Positions 1 through 8,497 of a DNA stretch of 33,010 nt are shown here, piece after piece. Position 1 is the stretch's first letter; the number at the start of each line of letters is the position of its first letter. The position numbers and the translations under genes are program-made. This DNA is from an uncultured Alphaproteobacteria bacterium (GTDB taxonomy: Bacteria; Pseudomonadota; Alphaproteobacteria; Micavibrionales; Micavibrionaceae), in contig CAKTCH010000001.1 of NCBI GenBank assembly GCA_934538895.1, positions 1 through 33,010 on the forward strand. Direction: 5' to 3'. Under the pieces are notes generated by a model. That model was not told the DNA's origin, made no database searches, and was given only the letters and a program-made list of their open reading frames with translations.

Positions 1-2
1 AG

Positions 3-266
3 ATATCTATCAATAAAAATCTGGAAGAAAAATCCACTAATAATTTTAACGGGAACGAGAAAGTTTTCGGTGCCCATAAATACTATGAGATGCGCGATGT
101 CGAAAAACCGCTCCTTGAAAAGGAATATGAAGACCATGTCTTCTTTGTTTACGGAGATAGTATGCCGCAGCAAATATATCCGCACCTGCCGACGCTATAT
201 CTCTGGTCGGAACGGCCATCTTTCAGCCCGTGCCCATGGTTTATGATAGAAGGGCAGACGAAATAG
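3..266 (+). CDS. Hypothetical protein, 3' fragment (start lies upstream of the window); AT-rich ORFan
   Basis: Frame 3 stays open from the window edge for 87 codons to TAG 264-266, despite visibly AT-rich composition (...KYYEMRDVEKPLLEKEYEDHVFFVYGDSMPQQIYPHLPTLYLWSERPSFSPCPWFMIEGQTK*). It is missing from the ORF track because it has no in-window start. No family recognised. Confidence 0.5.
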   Translation: MSINKNLEEKSTNNFNGNEKVFGAHKYYEMRDVEKPLLEKEYEDHVFFVYGDSMPQQIYPHLPTLYLWSERPSFSPCPWFMIEGQTK

Positions 267-303
267 ATTACGTTAGCCCCATATTGCCATGGTGTATGAA
301 GGT

Positions 304-465
304 TTAGAAATCCACACACTTGCCGTTAAGTTCCCAGTCGCCGTAGCGCGTCGGTTCGGGGCCTTTGCGGCCGCCTTTTTCCGTGGGTGCTGCTGGTGGG
401 TTTTCCGCGGGAATCTGCGGTTTTTTCTGTGCGGGTTCAGTCTGGTTTTGCTTTTGCCGTGTCAT
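304..465 (-). CDS. DUF1674 / SDHAF4-like small protein (53 aa)
   Basis: Hand translation from ATG (465-463) to TAA (306-304) gives MTRQKQNQTEPAQKKPQIPAENPPAAPTEKGGRKGPEPTRYGDWELNGKCVDF. The C-terminal EPTRYGDWE..G.C.DF signature is typical of the alphaproteobacterial/mitochondrial DUF1674 family. The ORF is below the 60-aa cut-off of the supplied track. Confidence 0.7.
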   Translation of the reverse strand: MTRQKQNQTEPAQKKPQIPAENPPAAPTEKGGRKGPEPTRYGDWELNGKCVDF

Positions 466-509
466 GACTTTAATATCCACCCCAGAGATATAAAAGCAAG
501 AGTATTCCC

Positions 510-815
510 ATGGAAATTATGAAACCTTTCCGCCAGCGCATAGATGCCCTTGATGACCAGATCATCGATTTGCTGATCGCGCGTGTCGGGATTATCCGCG
601 AGGTCGGCCATTTCAAATTCGAAAACGATATCCCGGCTGTCCTGCCTGACCGCGTGAACGAGGTGCGCGAGCGTGCCGCCGTGCGCGCCGCCGTCAAGGG
701 GCTGGACGCCGATCTGGTGCGCCAGTTATATACGACCATTATCGGCTATAGTTGCGATCTTGAGGAAGAAATAAAAGCGGAACTGGCCGAGAAGAGGAAG
801 GTCGCGCAAGGCTGA
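510..815 (+). CDS. Chorismate mutase (AroQ class)
   Basis: 101-aa ORF. The stretch RQRIDALDDQIIDLLIARVGIIREVGHFK...RVNEVRE matches the AroQ chorismate mutase helix pattern. Its stop overlaps the rsmB start (TGATG at 813-817). The start could instead be ATG 519. Confidence 0.8.
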   Translation: MEIMKPFRQRIDALDDQIIDLLIARVGIIREVGHFKFENDIPAVLPDRVNEVRERAAVRAAVKGLDADLVRQLYTTIIGYSCDLEEEIKAELAEKRKVAQG

Positions 816-2155
816 TGCAGACTTCGTTCCCTCCCGATACGCGCAGTGAAGCGCTGTCCGCGCGCCTTGTGGCGTTGTCGCTGCTGGGCGATGTGCTGGA
901 CAAGCGTACGCCGCTGGATCAGGCGCTGGATTCTTCGGCGGCATTCCGGCTGCTGTCGGCGCGGGACCGCGCGTTTACGAGGATGCTGGTGGCGACGACG
1001 CTGCGCCGCCTGGGGCAGGTCGATCATTTAATCATCGCCATGAGTGAACGCGGCGTGCCGCCGTCCCCGCCTGTGGTCCATCATATATTGCGCCTTGGGG
1101 TAACCCAGCTCTTCTTTATGGACGTGCCGGTTTATGCCGCCGTCGATACGTCTGTGCGCATGACCGAAGAGAAGAACATACCGCGCCTGAAAGGGTTCGT
1201 GAACGCGATCATGCGCCGCCTCGACCGCGAAGGGCGCGATCTGATTGCCACGCAGGACGAAGTGATGCTGAACATTCCGGCATGGCTGCGTGAACTGTGG
1301 ATTCGCGATTACGGCATTGACGAGGCGGATGCGCTGGCGCACGCGGCGTTGTCCGAAGCGCCGCTCGACATCACGGTCAAGGATCACGACATGCTGAAAT
1401 ACTGGGCCGGCCAGCTGGATGCGACGATACTGCCGACGGGCGGGTTGCGCCGCGCGGCGGGGGGCATGGTCGCCGATCTGCCGGGTTATCACGACGGCAT
1501 GTGGTGGGTGCAGGATTTATCGGCGTCTCTGCCCGCCAGGCTGCTGGGTGCGGTCAGGGGCAAGACCGTGATCGATCTTTGCGCCGCGCCGGGCGGCAAG
1601 ACCGCGCAACTGGCGGCGGCGGGGGCGCAGGTGATCGCGCTCGACCGCTCTGCCGGGCGCTTGCGCCGCCTTGAGGAAAACATGAAGCGCCTCCGCCTGA
1701 ACGATAACGTCAGGGTGGTGGCCGCCGACGCGACGGCTTGGCGTCATGCGCATCCGGTCGATTTTATCCTGCTCGACGCGCCTTGCTCGGCGACGGGCAC
1801 GATCCGCCGCCATCCCGATGTCCTGCACTTGAAAAAGCCGCAGGATATCGACGCGCTTTCCGATTTGCAGGCGCGCCTGCTGGCGCACGCTACCAGTATG
1901 CTCGATCATCATGGCGTGCTTATTTATTGCACCTGTTCGCTGCAAATGGATGAAGGCGAACGCCGGATCGAGGATTTTCTGCGTAACCATCCCGGCATGG
2001 TGCGTTACCCGATCCTGCCGCAGGAGGTCGCGGGAATGGAAACGTCGCTGACGCCCGTGGGGGATTTACGTATCCTGCCCCATCATACCGGTACAGGTCA
2101 TTGCATACAGGGCGGCATGGATGGATTTTATATCTGCCGCCTGCAAAAGCGCTGA
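815..2155 (+). CDS. rsmB: 16S rRNA (cytosine-C5)-methyltransferase, RsmB/Sun family
   Basis: 446 aa. It has a NusB-like N-terminal region, a SAM-binding motif (VIDLCAAPGGKT) and the catalytic motifs LLDAPCSATGTIRRHPD and IYCTCS. Confidence 0.9.
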   Translation: MQTSFPPDTRSEALSARLVALSLLGDVLDKRTPLDQALDSSAAFRLLSARDRAFTRMLVATTLRRLGQVDHLIIAMSERGVPPSPPVVHHILRLGVTQLFFMDVPVYAAVDTSVRMTEEKNIPRLKGFVNAIMRRLDREGRDLIATQDEVMLNIPAWLRELWIRDYGIDEADALAHAALSEAPLDITVKDHDMLKYWAGQLDATILPTGGLRRAAGGMVADLPGYHDGMWWVQDLSASLPARLLGAVRGKTVIDLCAAPGGKTAQLAAAGAQVIALDRSAGRLRRLEENMKRLRLNDNVRVVAADATAWRHAHPVDFILLDAPCSATGTIRRHPDVLHLKKPQDIDALSDLQARLLAHATSMLDHHGVLIYCTCSLQMDEGERRIEDFLRNHPGMVRYPILPQEVAGMETSLTPVGDLRILPHHTGTGHCIQGGMDGFYICRLQKR

Positions 2156-2381
2156 CCTGCCGTCATGGTTACCGCGCAGGTGCTATAAAACGACTTATCC
2201 GGTATCGGATTGATTTGTTCGCTGTTTAGATGCTGTTATGCGGTCTTATAAAAATCTTTCAAAAAATTCGTGAATCGAAGGTGAAATTAACTTTCCAGTT
2301 ATGCTATATTTATCCACAGGACGTTTCATGCGCCCTGTTCCCCGCTTAATTTCACAGAATATCTCTCAGAAGTTTTCATAA

Positions 2382-3047
2382 ATGTCATCCGTTCCCGGAA
2401 TCCGTATTGCGCCTTCCATCCTGTCCGCCGACTTTGCCTCTCTGGGCGCGGAAATTCAGGCTATCGATCGGGCGGGCGCCGATTATATCCATGTCGACGT
2501 GATGGACGGCCATTACGTGCCGAACCTGACGATCGGTCCCGGCGTAGTCAAGGCGATCCGTCCGCATTCAAAGAAAATCTTCGACGTGCATTTGATGATT
2601 TCCCCGGCTGATAATTTTATCGAAGCGTTCGCCCATGCCGGGGCGGACATCATCACTATCCATCCCGAAGCCGGCCCGCATTTCCATCGCACGTTGCAGG
2701 CCATTCGGGCGCTGGGCAGGAAGGCGGGCCTGGCGCTTAATCCCGGCACGCCGACGGACGTTCTCGACCACGTCATGGATCTGGTCGATCTCGTGCTGGT
2801 GATGACGGTCAATCCCGGATTCGGCGGTCAAGCCTATATTCCGCTCGCGGATAAAATCGCCGATGTGGCGGAACGCATCAAAGCGCAGAATCGCCACATC
2901 GATCTCGAGGTCGATGGCGGCATCAATCCCGAAACCGCAAGGGAAGTCATCAGGGCGGGCGCCGATGTGCTGGTCGCCGGGACGGCGGTGTTCAGGGACG
3001 GCCCGGCGAAATACGCTGAACATATAAGCGCGATCCGGGGGTTGTAA
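2382..3047 (+). CDS. rpe: Ribulose-phosphate 3-epimerase
   Basis: 221 aa with [34 protein letters not shown] and EVDGGI motifs. Confidence 0.95.
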   Translation: MSSVPGIRIAPSILSADFASLGAEIQAIDRAGADYIHVDVMDGHYVPNLTIGPGVVKAIRPHSKKIFDVHLMISPADNFIEAFAHAGADIITIHPEAGPHFHRTLQAIRALGRKAGLALNPGTPTDVLDHVMDLVDLVLVMTVNPGFGGQAYIPLADKIADVAERIKAQNRHIDLEVDGGINPETAREVIRAGADVLVAGTAVFRDGPAKYAEHISAIRGL

Positions 3048-3053
3048 CGTCCG

Positions 3054-4694
3054 ATGGTTTCCCGCGTACCCGCTCTTCGCCACCTGCGCCAGAAAGCCAG
3101 CCACGCGGCTTTCAATACGGCGTTTTATAATTGGACGCTCGGCAGCGACATCCCTCACGACCTGATTGTCAGCCCCGCCGACCCCTGGCCGGGCGACATG
3201 GCGCGCGGGCGGCTGCTGTGCGGCGGCGCGTTCACGCTCGAAGGCCAGCAAAAGCAAATCTGCCGCCGCCTGTGGGAATCGCAGCATCTTCCGCAGACAT
3301 GGCTCAATCACCTGCACGGTTTTGAATGGCTGCGCGATTTACGCGCATTGGGCGGCGATCAGGGCCGCCAGCAGGCGCGCGACCTGATAGCAGACTGGAT
3401 AAACCGTTACAGCGGCTGGGACGCCCATGTCTGGCGCGCCGACATCGCCGGGCAGCGCCTGACCAACTGGATCATGCTTTACGGCTTCTTCGGGGCCAGC
3501 GCCGACGAGGAATTCCAGGACCGTTATTTCCATTCCCTGCTGCGTCAATCGCGCCATCTCGCGCGGGCATTGCCGGGCACGTTGTATGGCTTGCCGCTGT
3601 TGCAGGGTATTCGCGGCCTTATTCTGGCGGGTATCAGCATTCCCGGCCATGAAAGCTGGCTGATGCAGGGGCTTGATTTGCTGGAGATCGAAACCGGCAA
3701 ACAAATCCTCAGCGATGGCGGGCATATCAGCCGTTCTCCGGCCTTGTTGCTGGAGGCGCTGCGCGTTTATGTCGATGTGCGCATGGCGCTGCGCGCGGGC
3801 GATTATCCGGTGCCGGAACAGATCGAACACACGATCGACCGCATGGCCCAGGCGATGCGTTTTTTCCGCCATGCCGACAAGAAACTCACTACCTTCCACG
3901 GTACGCAGGAACTGGATAGCGCCTACACCGACGCGATCCTGACGCAGGCGAACGCGCGCGGCAAAGTGCTGCGCAACCTGCCGCACAGCGATTATGAGCG
4001 CGTCACATTGGGCCGCAGCGTCATGACGATGGATGTCGGCGCGCCGCCCGCTTGGCCGTATGACGACGTTGCACATGCCAGCCCGCTGGCGTTCGAATTC
4101 ATCTATGGCAAGGAACGTATCTTCGTATCCTGCGGTACGCATCCGATGGACGAAGAATGGCGCGCGGCCTTGCGCGGCACGGGCGCCCACAACAGCATCA
4201 CGCTCGACGACCGCAACGCCTGCGAGATCAAGGCCGACGGCCATATGGGCCGCCGCCCGCGCATGGTGTCCTCGACGCGCGAGGAAGGTTTATATGCGAC
4301 ATTGATCGATGCCGTTCATGACGGCTATGTGCCCGTGAACGGCGTCACGCACCGCCGCCGGCTGTATCTGGGGCATGAAGGCCATGACCTGCGCGGCGAG
4401 GAAAACCTGACTTGTACCGTGGGCATCAACAAGCCGATTCAGGTGACGGCGCGCTTCCATTTGCATCCGAAAGTGCAGGTTTCGTTGATCCGCGAGGGCG
4501 AGGAAGCTTTGCTGCGCCTTGCGGGTGGCTCCGGCTGGCGTTTCTACCTGACGGGCGGCCAGCTCTCGCTTGAGAACAGTATCTATTTCGGCGAGGGCCA
4601 CGCCCTGCGCAAAACCAAGCAGCTGGTTGTCTCCGCGACGATGGAGAGCGATACGCTGCAATTCAAATGGGCGTTGCAGCGTGAGGGCGTTTAG
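3054..4694 (+). CDS. Heparinase II/III-like family protein
   Basis: 546 aa. The overall pattern is FEWLRDLRALG..., then SDGGHISRSP, then a C-terminal region AHASPLAFEF...GTGAHNSITLDD. This resembles the conserved alphaproteobacterial heparinase II/III-like proteins. Family call is from memory of these motifs. Confidence 0.75.
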   Translation: MVSRVPALRHLRQKASHAAFNTAFYNWTLGSDIPHDLIVSPADPWPGDMARGRLLCGGAFTLEGQQKQICRRLWESQHLPQTWLNHLHGFEWLRDLRALGGDQGRQQARDLIADWINRYSGWDAHVWRADIAGQRLTNWIMLYGFFGASADEEFQDRYFHSLLRQSRHLARALPGTLYGLPLLQGIRGLILAGISIPGHESWLMQGLDLLEIETGKQILSDGGHISRSPALLLEALRVYVDVRMALRAGDYPVPEQIEHTIDRMAQAMRFFRHADKKLTTFHGTQELDSAYTDAILTQANARGKVLRNLPHSDYERVTLGRSVMTMDVGAPPAWPYDDVAHASPLAFEFIYGKERIFVSCGTHPMDEEWRAALRGTGAHNSITLDDRNACEIKADGHMGRRPRMVSSTREEGLYATLIDAVHDGYVPVNGVTHRRRLYLGHEGHDLRGEENLTCTVGINKPIQVTARFHLHPKVQVSLIREGEEALLRLAGGSGWRFYLTGGQLSLENSIYFGEGHALRKTKQLVVSATMESDTLQFKWALQREGV

Positions 4695-4732
4695 CTACTG
4701 CATTTCGGCAGTGCGCTTAGAATCTAAGGGCT

Positions 4733-4743
4733 TTTTTGTTCTA
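4733..4743. repeat. Left copy of the 11-bp direct repeat TTTTTGTTCTA flanking the AT-rich ORFan
   Basis: Exact 11-mer TTTTTGTTCTA at 4733-4743, repeated at 5381-5391. It overlaps the stop codon (CTA on the + strand) of the 4741-5256 ORF. Confidence 0.35.
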
Positions 4744-5256
4744 TTTTAAACGGGGTAAATTTTTTATTGCCGATATATCCCAGTAATTTTCGACATATTG
4801 GCGTACAGGGGGCCAGATATTGACGCATCCGTTTGGTTGGACATCAAAAATCTTGGCATGATTTTTCTCAGAGAAATTTTTCATTTGGTCAAAATTCTGA
4901 CGAAAATTCTGTTCATCTTCTTTTATTGATTTAAAAGTTTTCTCCAAAAGAGAAGTGTCTATCACTGGTCTTTTTTGAACATTTAAAAGATAGTAGTATA
5001 CATCAAGAATTTTTGAAGGCATGGCTTCTTGATCTTGTGCCCATTTCATGAGCTTTCTTTGTGCCTTAGAGATATGGGACTCGATTGCTGCATCATACTT
5101 TAGATCCAACCTTTGATTGGATTTGCTTCGATCTTCCAAAATATAGAGCTCTTTAAATAAGGGGAGCGCTTCAATATATAGCTCATCATGCGGCGCGTGC
5201 TGATGAATCTTGGTAAGGAGGCGCTCCATTTTTGCTGCGAGGGCTTCAAAAGGCAT
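4741..5256 (-). CDS. Hypothetical protein (AT-rich ORFan, 171 aa)
   Basis: An uninterrupted 171-codon ORF with an ATG start in a strongly AT-rich segment, where stop codons would be frequent by chance. The composition is K/E/N/Q-rich and unlike the neighbours. No motif recognised and no signal peptide. Confidence 0.7.
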   Translation of the reverse strand: MPFEALAAKMERLLTKIHQHAPHDELYIEALPLFKELYILEDRSKSNQRLDLKYDAAIESHISKAQRKLMKWAQDQEAMPSKILDVYYYLLNVQKRPVIDTSLLEKTFKSIKEDEQNFRQNFDQMKNFSEKNHAKIFDVQPNGCVNIWPPVRQYVENYWDISAIKNLPRLK

Positions 5257-5374
5257 TTTTTCTCACTTGCTACCTGAGTTAACAACTCTAGTATGACTTA
5301 TATTTTACTCATTACAAGTATATTTTTGTTTTAACCTATTTATATGATGAAAATACTTATCACATATCGACTAT

Positions 5375-5389
5375 GTTCTCTTTTTGTTC
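5375..5389 (+). promoter_or_regulatory. Putative alphaproteobacterial LexA (SOS) box, GTTC-N7-GTTC
   Basis: The sequence is GTTCtctttttGTTC, exactly 7 nt between two GTTC repeats. It ends 31 nt upstream of the preferred radA ATG (5420). Confidence 0.4.
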
Positions 5390-5391
5390 TA
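5381..5391. repeat. Right copy of the 11-bp direct repeat TTTTTGTTCTA
   Basis: Exact match to 4733-4743. It overlaps the second half of the putative SOS box. Confidence 0.35.
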
Positions 5392-5419
5392 GTGTAGGAT
5401 GAAACAAGAGCGAATCATC

Positions 5420-6820
5420 ATGGCAAAACCTACAAAAAACTATGTCTGTCAGTCCTGCGGCACGGTGGCGGGCAAATGGTCGGGGAAATGCGATTCCTGT
5501 AATGAATGGAATACGTTCGCCGAGGAGAAGATCGAGGTTACGGTGCCGAAGGGCATGGGGGCCAGGAAGGGGCGCGCGCTGGAACTGGTGGATCTTAGCG
5601 GGCAGAGCCATGAACGGCTGCCGCGCCTTGTGACGGGGATTGCCGAATTCGACCGCGTGACCGGGGGCGGGGTGGTGCCGGGGTCGGCACTTTTGATCGG
5701 CGGCGATCCGGGGATCGGTAAATCGACGCTGTTGTTACAGGTGGTTTGCGCGCTCAGTAAAAAGAATGCGCGTTGCGTTTATGTGTCGGGCGAGGAAGCG
5801 GTCGATCAGGTGCGGCTGCGCGCCGATCGTCTGGGGCTGGCGGATTCTCCGGTCGAACTGGCCTCGGCGACCAATGTGCGTGACATCGTGGCGACGATGG
5901 AGGACGGCGGCAGGCATATCGATTTGCTGGTGGTGGACTCGATACAGACCGTTTATGTCGATAACGTCGATAGCGCACCCGGCACGGTGACGCAGGTGCG
6001 GACATCGGCGCAGGAAATCATTCGCGTGGCGAAAAAGCGCAACATCATTGTGCTATTCGTGGGGCATGTGACCAAGGACGGCCAGATCGCGGGGCCGCGC
6101 GTACTGGAACATCTCGTCGATACCGTTCTTTATTTCGAGGGCGACCGCAGTCACCAGTTCCGCATCCTGCGCGCGGTGAAAAACCGTTTCGGCCCGACTG
6201 ACGAAATCGGCGTGTTTGAAATGGCGCAGGAAGGGCTGGTGGAAGTGGCCAATCCTTCGGCTTTGTTCCTCGCCCAGCGCCAGCCGGATGTCACGGGCAG
6301 CGTGGTGCTGGCGGCGCTTGAGGGAACGCGCCCGGTGCTGGTCGAGGTGCAGGCGCTGGTTTCGGTTTCGCCGCTGGGTACGCCGCGCCGCGCGGTGATC
6401 GGGTATGATTCGGGGCGCCTGTCGATGGTGCTGGCGGTGCTGGAAACACGCGTGGGGCTGCAATTTTCGGGATGTGACGTTTATTTGAATATCGCGGGCG
6501 GCATTCGCATCAACGAACCGGCGGCGGATCTGGCGGTGGCGGCGGCGCTGATTTCGGCGCTCAATAATGTAGCGGCCCCGGCGGATGCGATTTTCTTCGG
6601 TGAAATCGGCCTTGCGGGCGAAGTGCGTCAGGTGTCGCAGCCGGATGTGCGGATGAAGGAAGCCTCGAAGCTGGGGTTCGGAAAGGCGATGATCCCGCGC
6701 CGGAAAGTGGTGAAAGAGGGCAAGAAGCCCGATCCGCTGGCGGTCAGCGAACTGACGCATTTGCAGGATCTGGCCGATTTGCTGCGGGATGAGGGTGGGC
6801 CGCGCCGGGCGATCGCCTGA
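5420..6820 (+). CDS. radA: DNA repair protein RadA (Sms)
   Basis: It has an N-terminal zinc finger (CQSCGTVAGKWSGKCDSC), Walker A (GDPGIGKST), the KNRFG motif and a Lon-like C-terminal domain. ATG 5420 (MAKPTKNYVC...) is preferred over the track start at 5399. Confidence 0.95.
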   Translation: MAKPTKNYVCQSCGTVAGKWSGKCDSCNEWNTFAEEKIEVTVPKGMGARKGRALELVDLSGQSHERLPRLVTGIAEFDRVTGGGVVPGSALLIGGDPGIGKSTLLLQVVCALSKKNARCVYVSGEEAVDQVRLRADRLGLADSPVELASATNVRDIVATMEDGGRHIDLLVVDSIQTVYVDNVDSAPGTVTQVRTSAQEIIRVAKKRNIIVLFVGHVTKDGQIAGPRVLEHLVDTVLYFEGDRSHQFRILRAVKNRFGPTDEIGVFEMAQEGLVEVANPSALFLAQRQPDVTGSVVLAALEGTRPVLVEVQALVSVSPLGTPRRAVIGYDSGRLSMVLAVLETRVGLQFSGCDVYLNIAGGIRINEPAADLAVAAALISALNNVAAPADAIFFGEIGLAGEVRQVSQPDVRMKEASKLGFGKAMIPRRKVVKEGKKPDPLAVSELTHLQDLADLLRDEGGPRRAIA

Positions 6821-6832
6821 GCCGGCGATTTC

Positions 6833-7561
6833 TCAAGGGCAGGGCGTGGATATGCGTTCCTTTTTCGTAGCGGGATATTCGTATTTCTGATTCAGTTCGT
6901 CGATAAATGTGCCGCTTGCCCTTCGCATCCAGAAGCTTGCCGTTTTCAGAAGGGTTGAAGAGGCCTGCACATTATAGATCAATAGGGTTCTGGAGAAATA
7001 TTCCGGGGCAGATTTATTCTGCCGCATGTCTTGCTGAAAACCCGCGCGCATACTGGAAAGCCATATATCTGCCATCTGTCTGGTCAGTGCGCCGCGTATT
7101 TTGTCTTGCCTGCTTTCCTTTTGGCGCCACAAGGCGATCTCATCTTTGTAATGCTCTGGTTCATAATGTTCCCAGGCATCCGCTTCTTCGCTTTGTTCGT
7201 CTCTCATGCGGGCGGCGGCGCTGGCGATCTCCGCTGCCAACTGGCTTGCCTGACGATCATCCGGCGGCAGCCGGTTTTGTACGGATTGGGCGATGTCGGT
7301 CAGGGTGTCCGCCACCTCCTGCAAATGGCCGAAGCGGGCCGCCATATCCGTGCATTGTGAAATCAAGCTGGTGACAGGCGCGCATGGCGGGTGCGAGAGG
7401 CAGGCCTGTGCGGTCACCCGCAGGCTATCCAGCCTGCGGCAGGCACGGGCGGATTCACTAAAGTAATCCTTTAACGCCTTTATCGGGTTCATATCCATAT
7501 CCATATTATTAAGGAGCATTGCGATAAGGTTATCCGTATGGAAAATATCCAGTATTGTCAA
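6833..7561 (-). CDS. Hypothetical protein (ORFan, up to 242 aa)
   Basis: Long ORF convergent with radA, with stops 12 nt apart. The track start at 7561 is TTG, and in-frame ATGs follow (e.g. the M at codon 15), so the start is uncertain. No family, signal peptide or TM segment recognised. Confidence 0.55.
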   Translation of the reverse strand: MTILDIFHTDNLIAMLLNNMDMDMNPIKALKDYFSESARACRRLDSLRVTAQACLSHPPCAPVTSLISQCTDMAARFGHLQEVADTLTDIAQSVQNRLPPDDRQASQLAAEIASAAARMRDEQSEEADAWEHYEPEHYKDEIALWRQKESRQDKIRGALTRQMADIWLSSMRAGFQQDMRQNKSAPEYFSRTLLIYNVQASSTLLKTASFWMRRASGTFIDELNQKYEYPATKKERISTPCP

Positions 7562-7717
7562 CTGAAGGGGGCTTAACGGGCGTTTTTTATGAACGTGCTG
7601 ATAAATAAGCGCTTTTTAAGAAAAAGAGCATGGGGCCCGCTTGATAAGGTCTGTTCCCATCCGCAGCGATCTGCTACATTCCGGCTGTTGTTTTAATTAT
7701 CCGGTATCCGCTATTCC

Positions 7718-8497
7718 ATGTTTTTCGATCTCGTCATTCTGGGCGTCCTGTTCGTTTCCGCCGTTTTCGCCTTTCTGCGCGGTTTTATCCGCGAGGTTCT
7801 GACTATTCTGGGCGTTGTTGGCGGGCTGGCGGCGGCGCTGGCTTTTGGCCGGGAACTCGTGCCGCTGATGAGTGAGTGGATCGGCGTCGATCCGAAGGCT
7901 GAAGAACCGCAATTGATGCTGGGCGTGGTGCCTTACACCATCGTCGCCGATGTGCTGGCCTATGGTTCGATCTTCCTTGTGGTGGTGATTATCCTCTCCG
8001 TGGTCAGCAATTTGCTGGCGGGGTGGGCGCGCACTATCGGGCTGGGGGCGATCGACCGCACGCTGGGGGTGATTTTCGGCATCGCCCGGGGGGTGCTGGT
8101 ACTGGCCGTGCTCTACCTGCTGCCCTATCTTCTGTTTGAGGGAGATACCCGCAAGGACTGGTTCAAGGATAGCCGCCTGATCGTCTATATCGAGCAAACC
8201 TCGGCATGGCTGGCGGAATTCCTGCCGGACTCGGTGAAAAACACCCATTCGTCGAATGTGGGCGACAAGGCCAACGAGCTGACCAGGGCCACGCGCGACA
8301 AGCTGAAGGATCTCGACCTGCTCAAGGGGGATCTCGATGGTGACGGAGAGAATAAAACCGTGACAAAACCACAAGAAGAGGGTTATGGATATGGCGAGCG
8401 TCAGGACATGCAGGAACTGATTGAAGAGCAGGCGGATGTCCCCGCGCAGCCTCCCCTGAAAGCACCGGCCTCGCCGGCGATGAGAGTCAATGAGTAG
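7718..8497 (+). CDS. cvpA: CvpA (colicin V production) family membrane protein
   Basis: The N-terminus MFFDLVILGVLFVSAVFAFLRGFIREV and multiple TM helices are typical of CvpA. The gene overlaps the purF start by 8 nt, the classic cvpA-purF arrangement. Confidence 0.85.
   Translation: MFFDLVILGVLFVSAVFAFLRGFIREVLTILGVVGGLAAALAFGRELVPLMSEWIGVDPKAEEPQLMLGVVPYTIVADVLAYGSIFLVVVIILSVVSNLLAGWARTIGLGAIDRTLGVIFGIARGVLVLAVLYLLPYLLFEGDTRKDWFKDSRLIVYIEQTSAWLAEFLPDSVKNTHSSNVGDKANELTRATRDKLKDLDLLKGDLDGDGENKTVTKPQEEGYGYGERQDMQELIEEQADVPAQPPLKAPASPAMRVNE

Noticed and set aside
289-522. 77-codon + strand ORF upstream of chorismate mutase
   Set aside because: It is antisense to the DUF1674-family small gene (304-465), which has a clear family signature. 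The translation is a Cys/Phe/Arg-rich oddity.
2310-2318. Perfect DnaA box TTATCCACA in the AT-rich rsmB-rpe intergenic region (possible origin?)
   Set aside because: It is a single box with no cluster of further boxes and no adjacent AT-rich 13-mer array. None of the usual alphaproteobacterial origin neighbours (hemE, parAB, dnaA) are present. One exact 9-mer in 33 kb on both strands is close to chance expectation.
2270-2360. TTAA-rich stretches (here and at about 10700-10740, 21620-21730) checked for CtrA boxes TTAA-N7-TTAA
   Set aside because: Only half-sites or wrong spacings were found. There is no full match.
4741-5256. Calling the AT-rich ORFan blocks (also 28131-29002) mobile elements
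   Set aside because: No transposase, integrase, terminal inverted repeats or tRNA target are visible. Only composition and, for one block, an 11-bp direct repeat point that way. I therefore report them as ORFans or findings rather than as mobile_element features.
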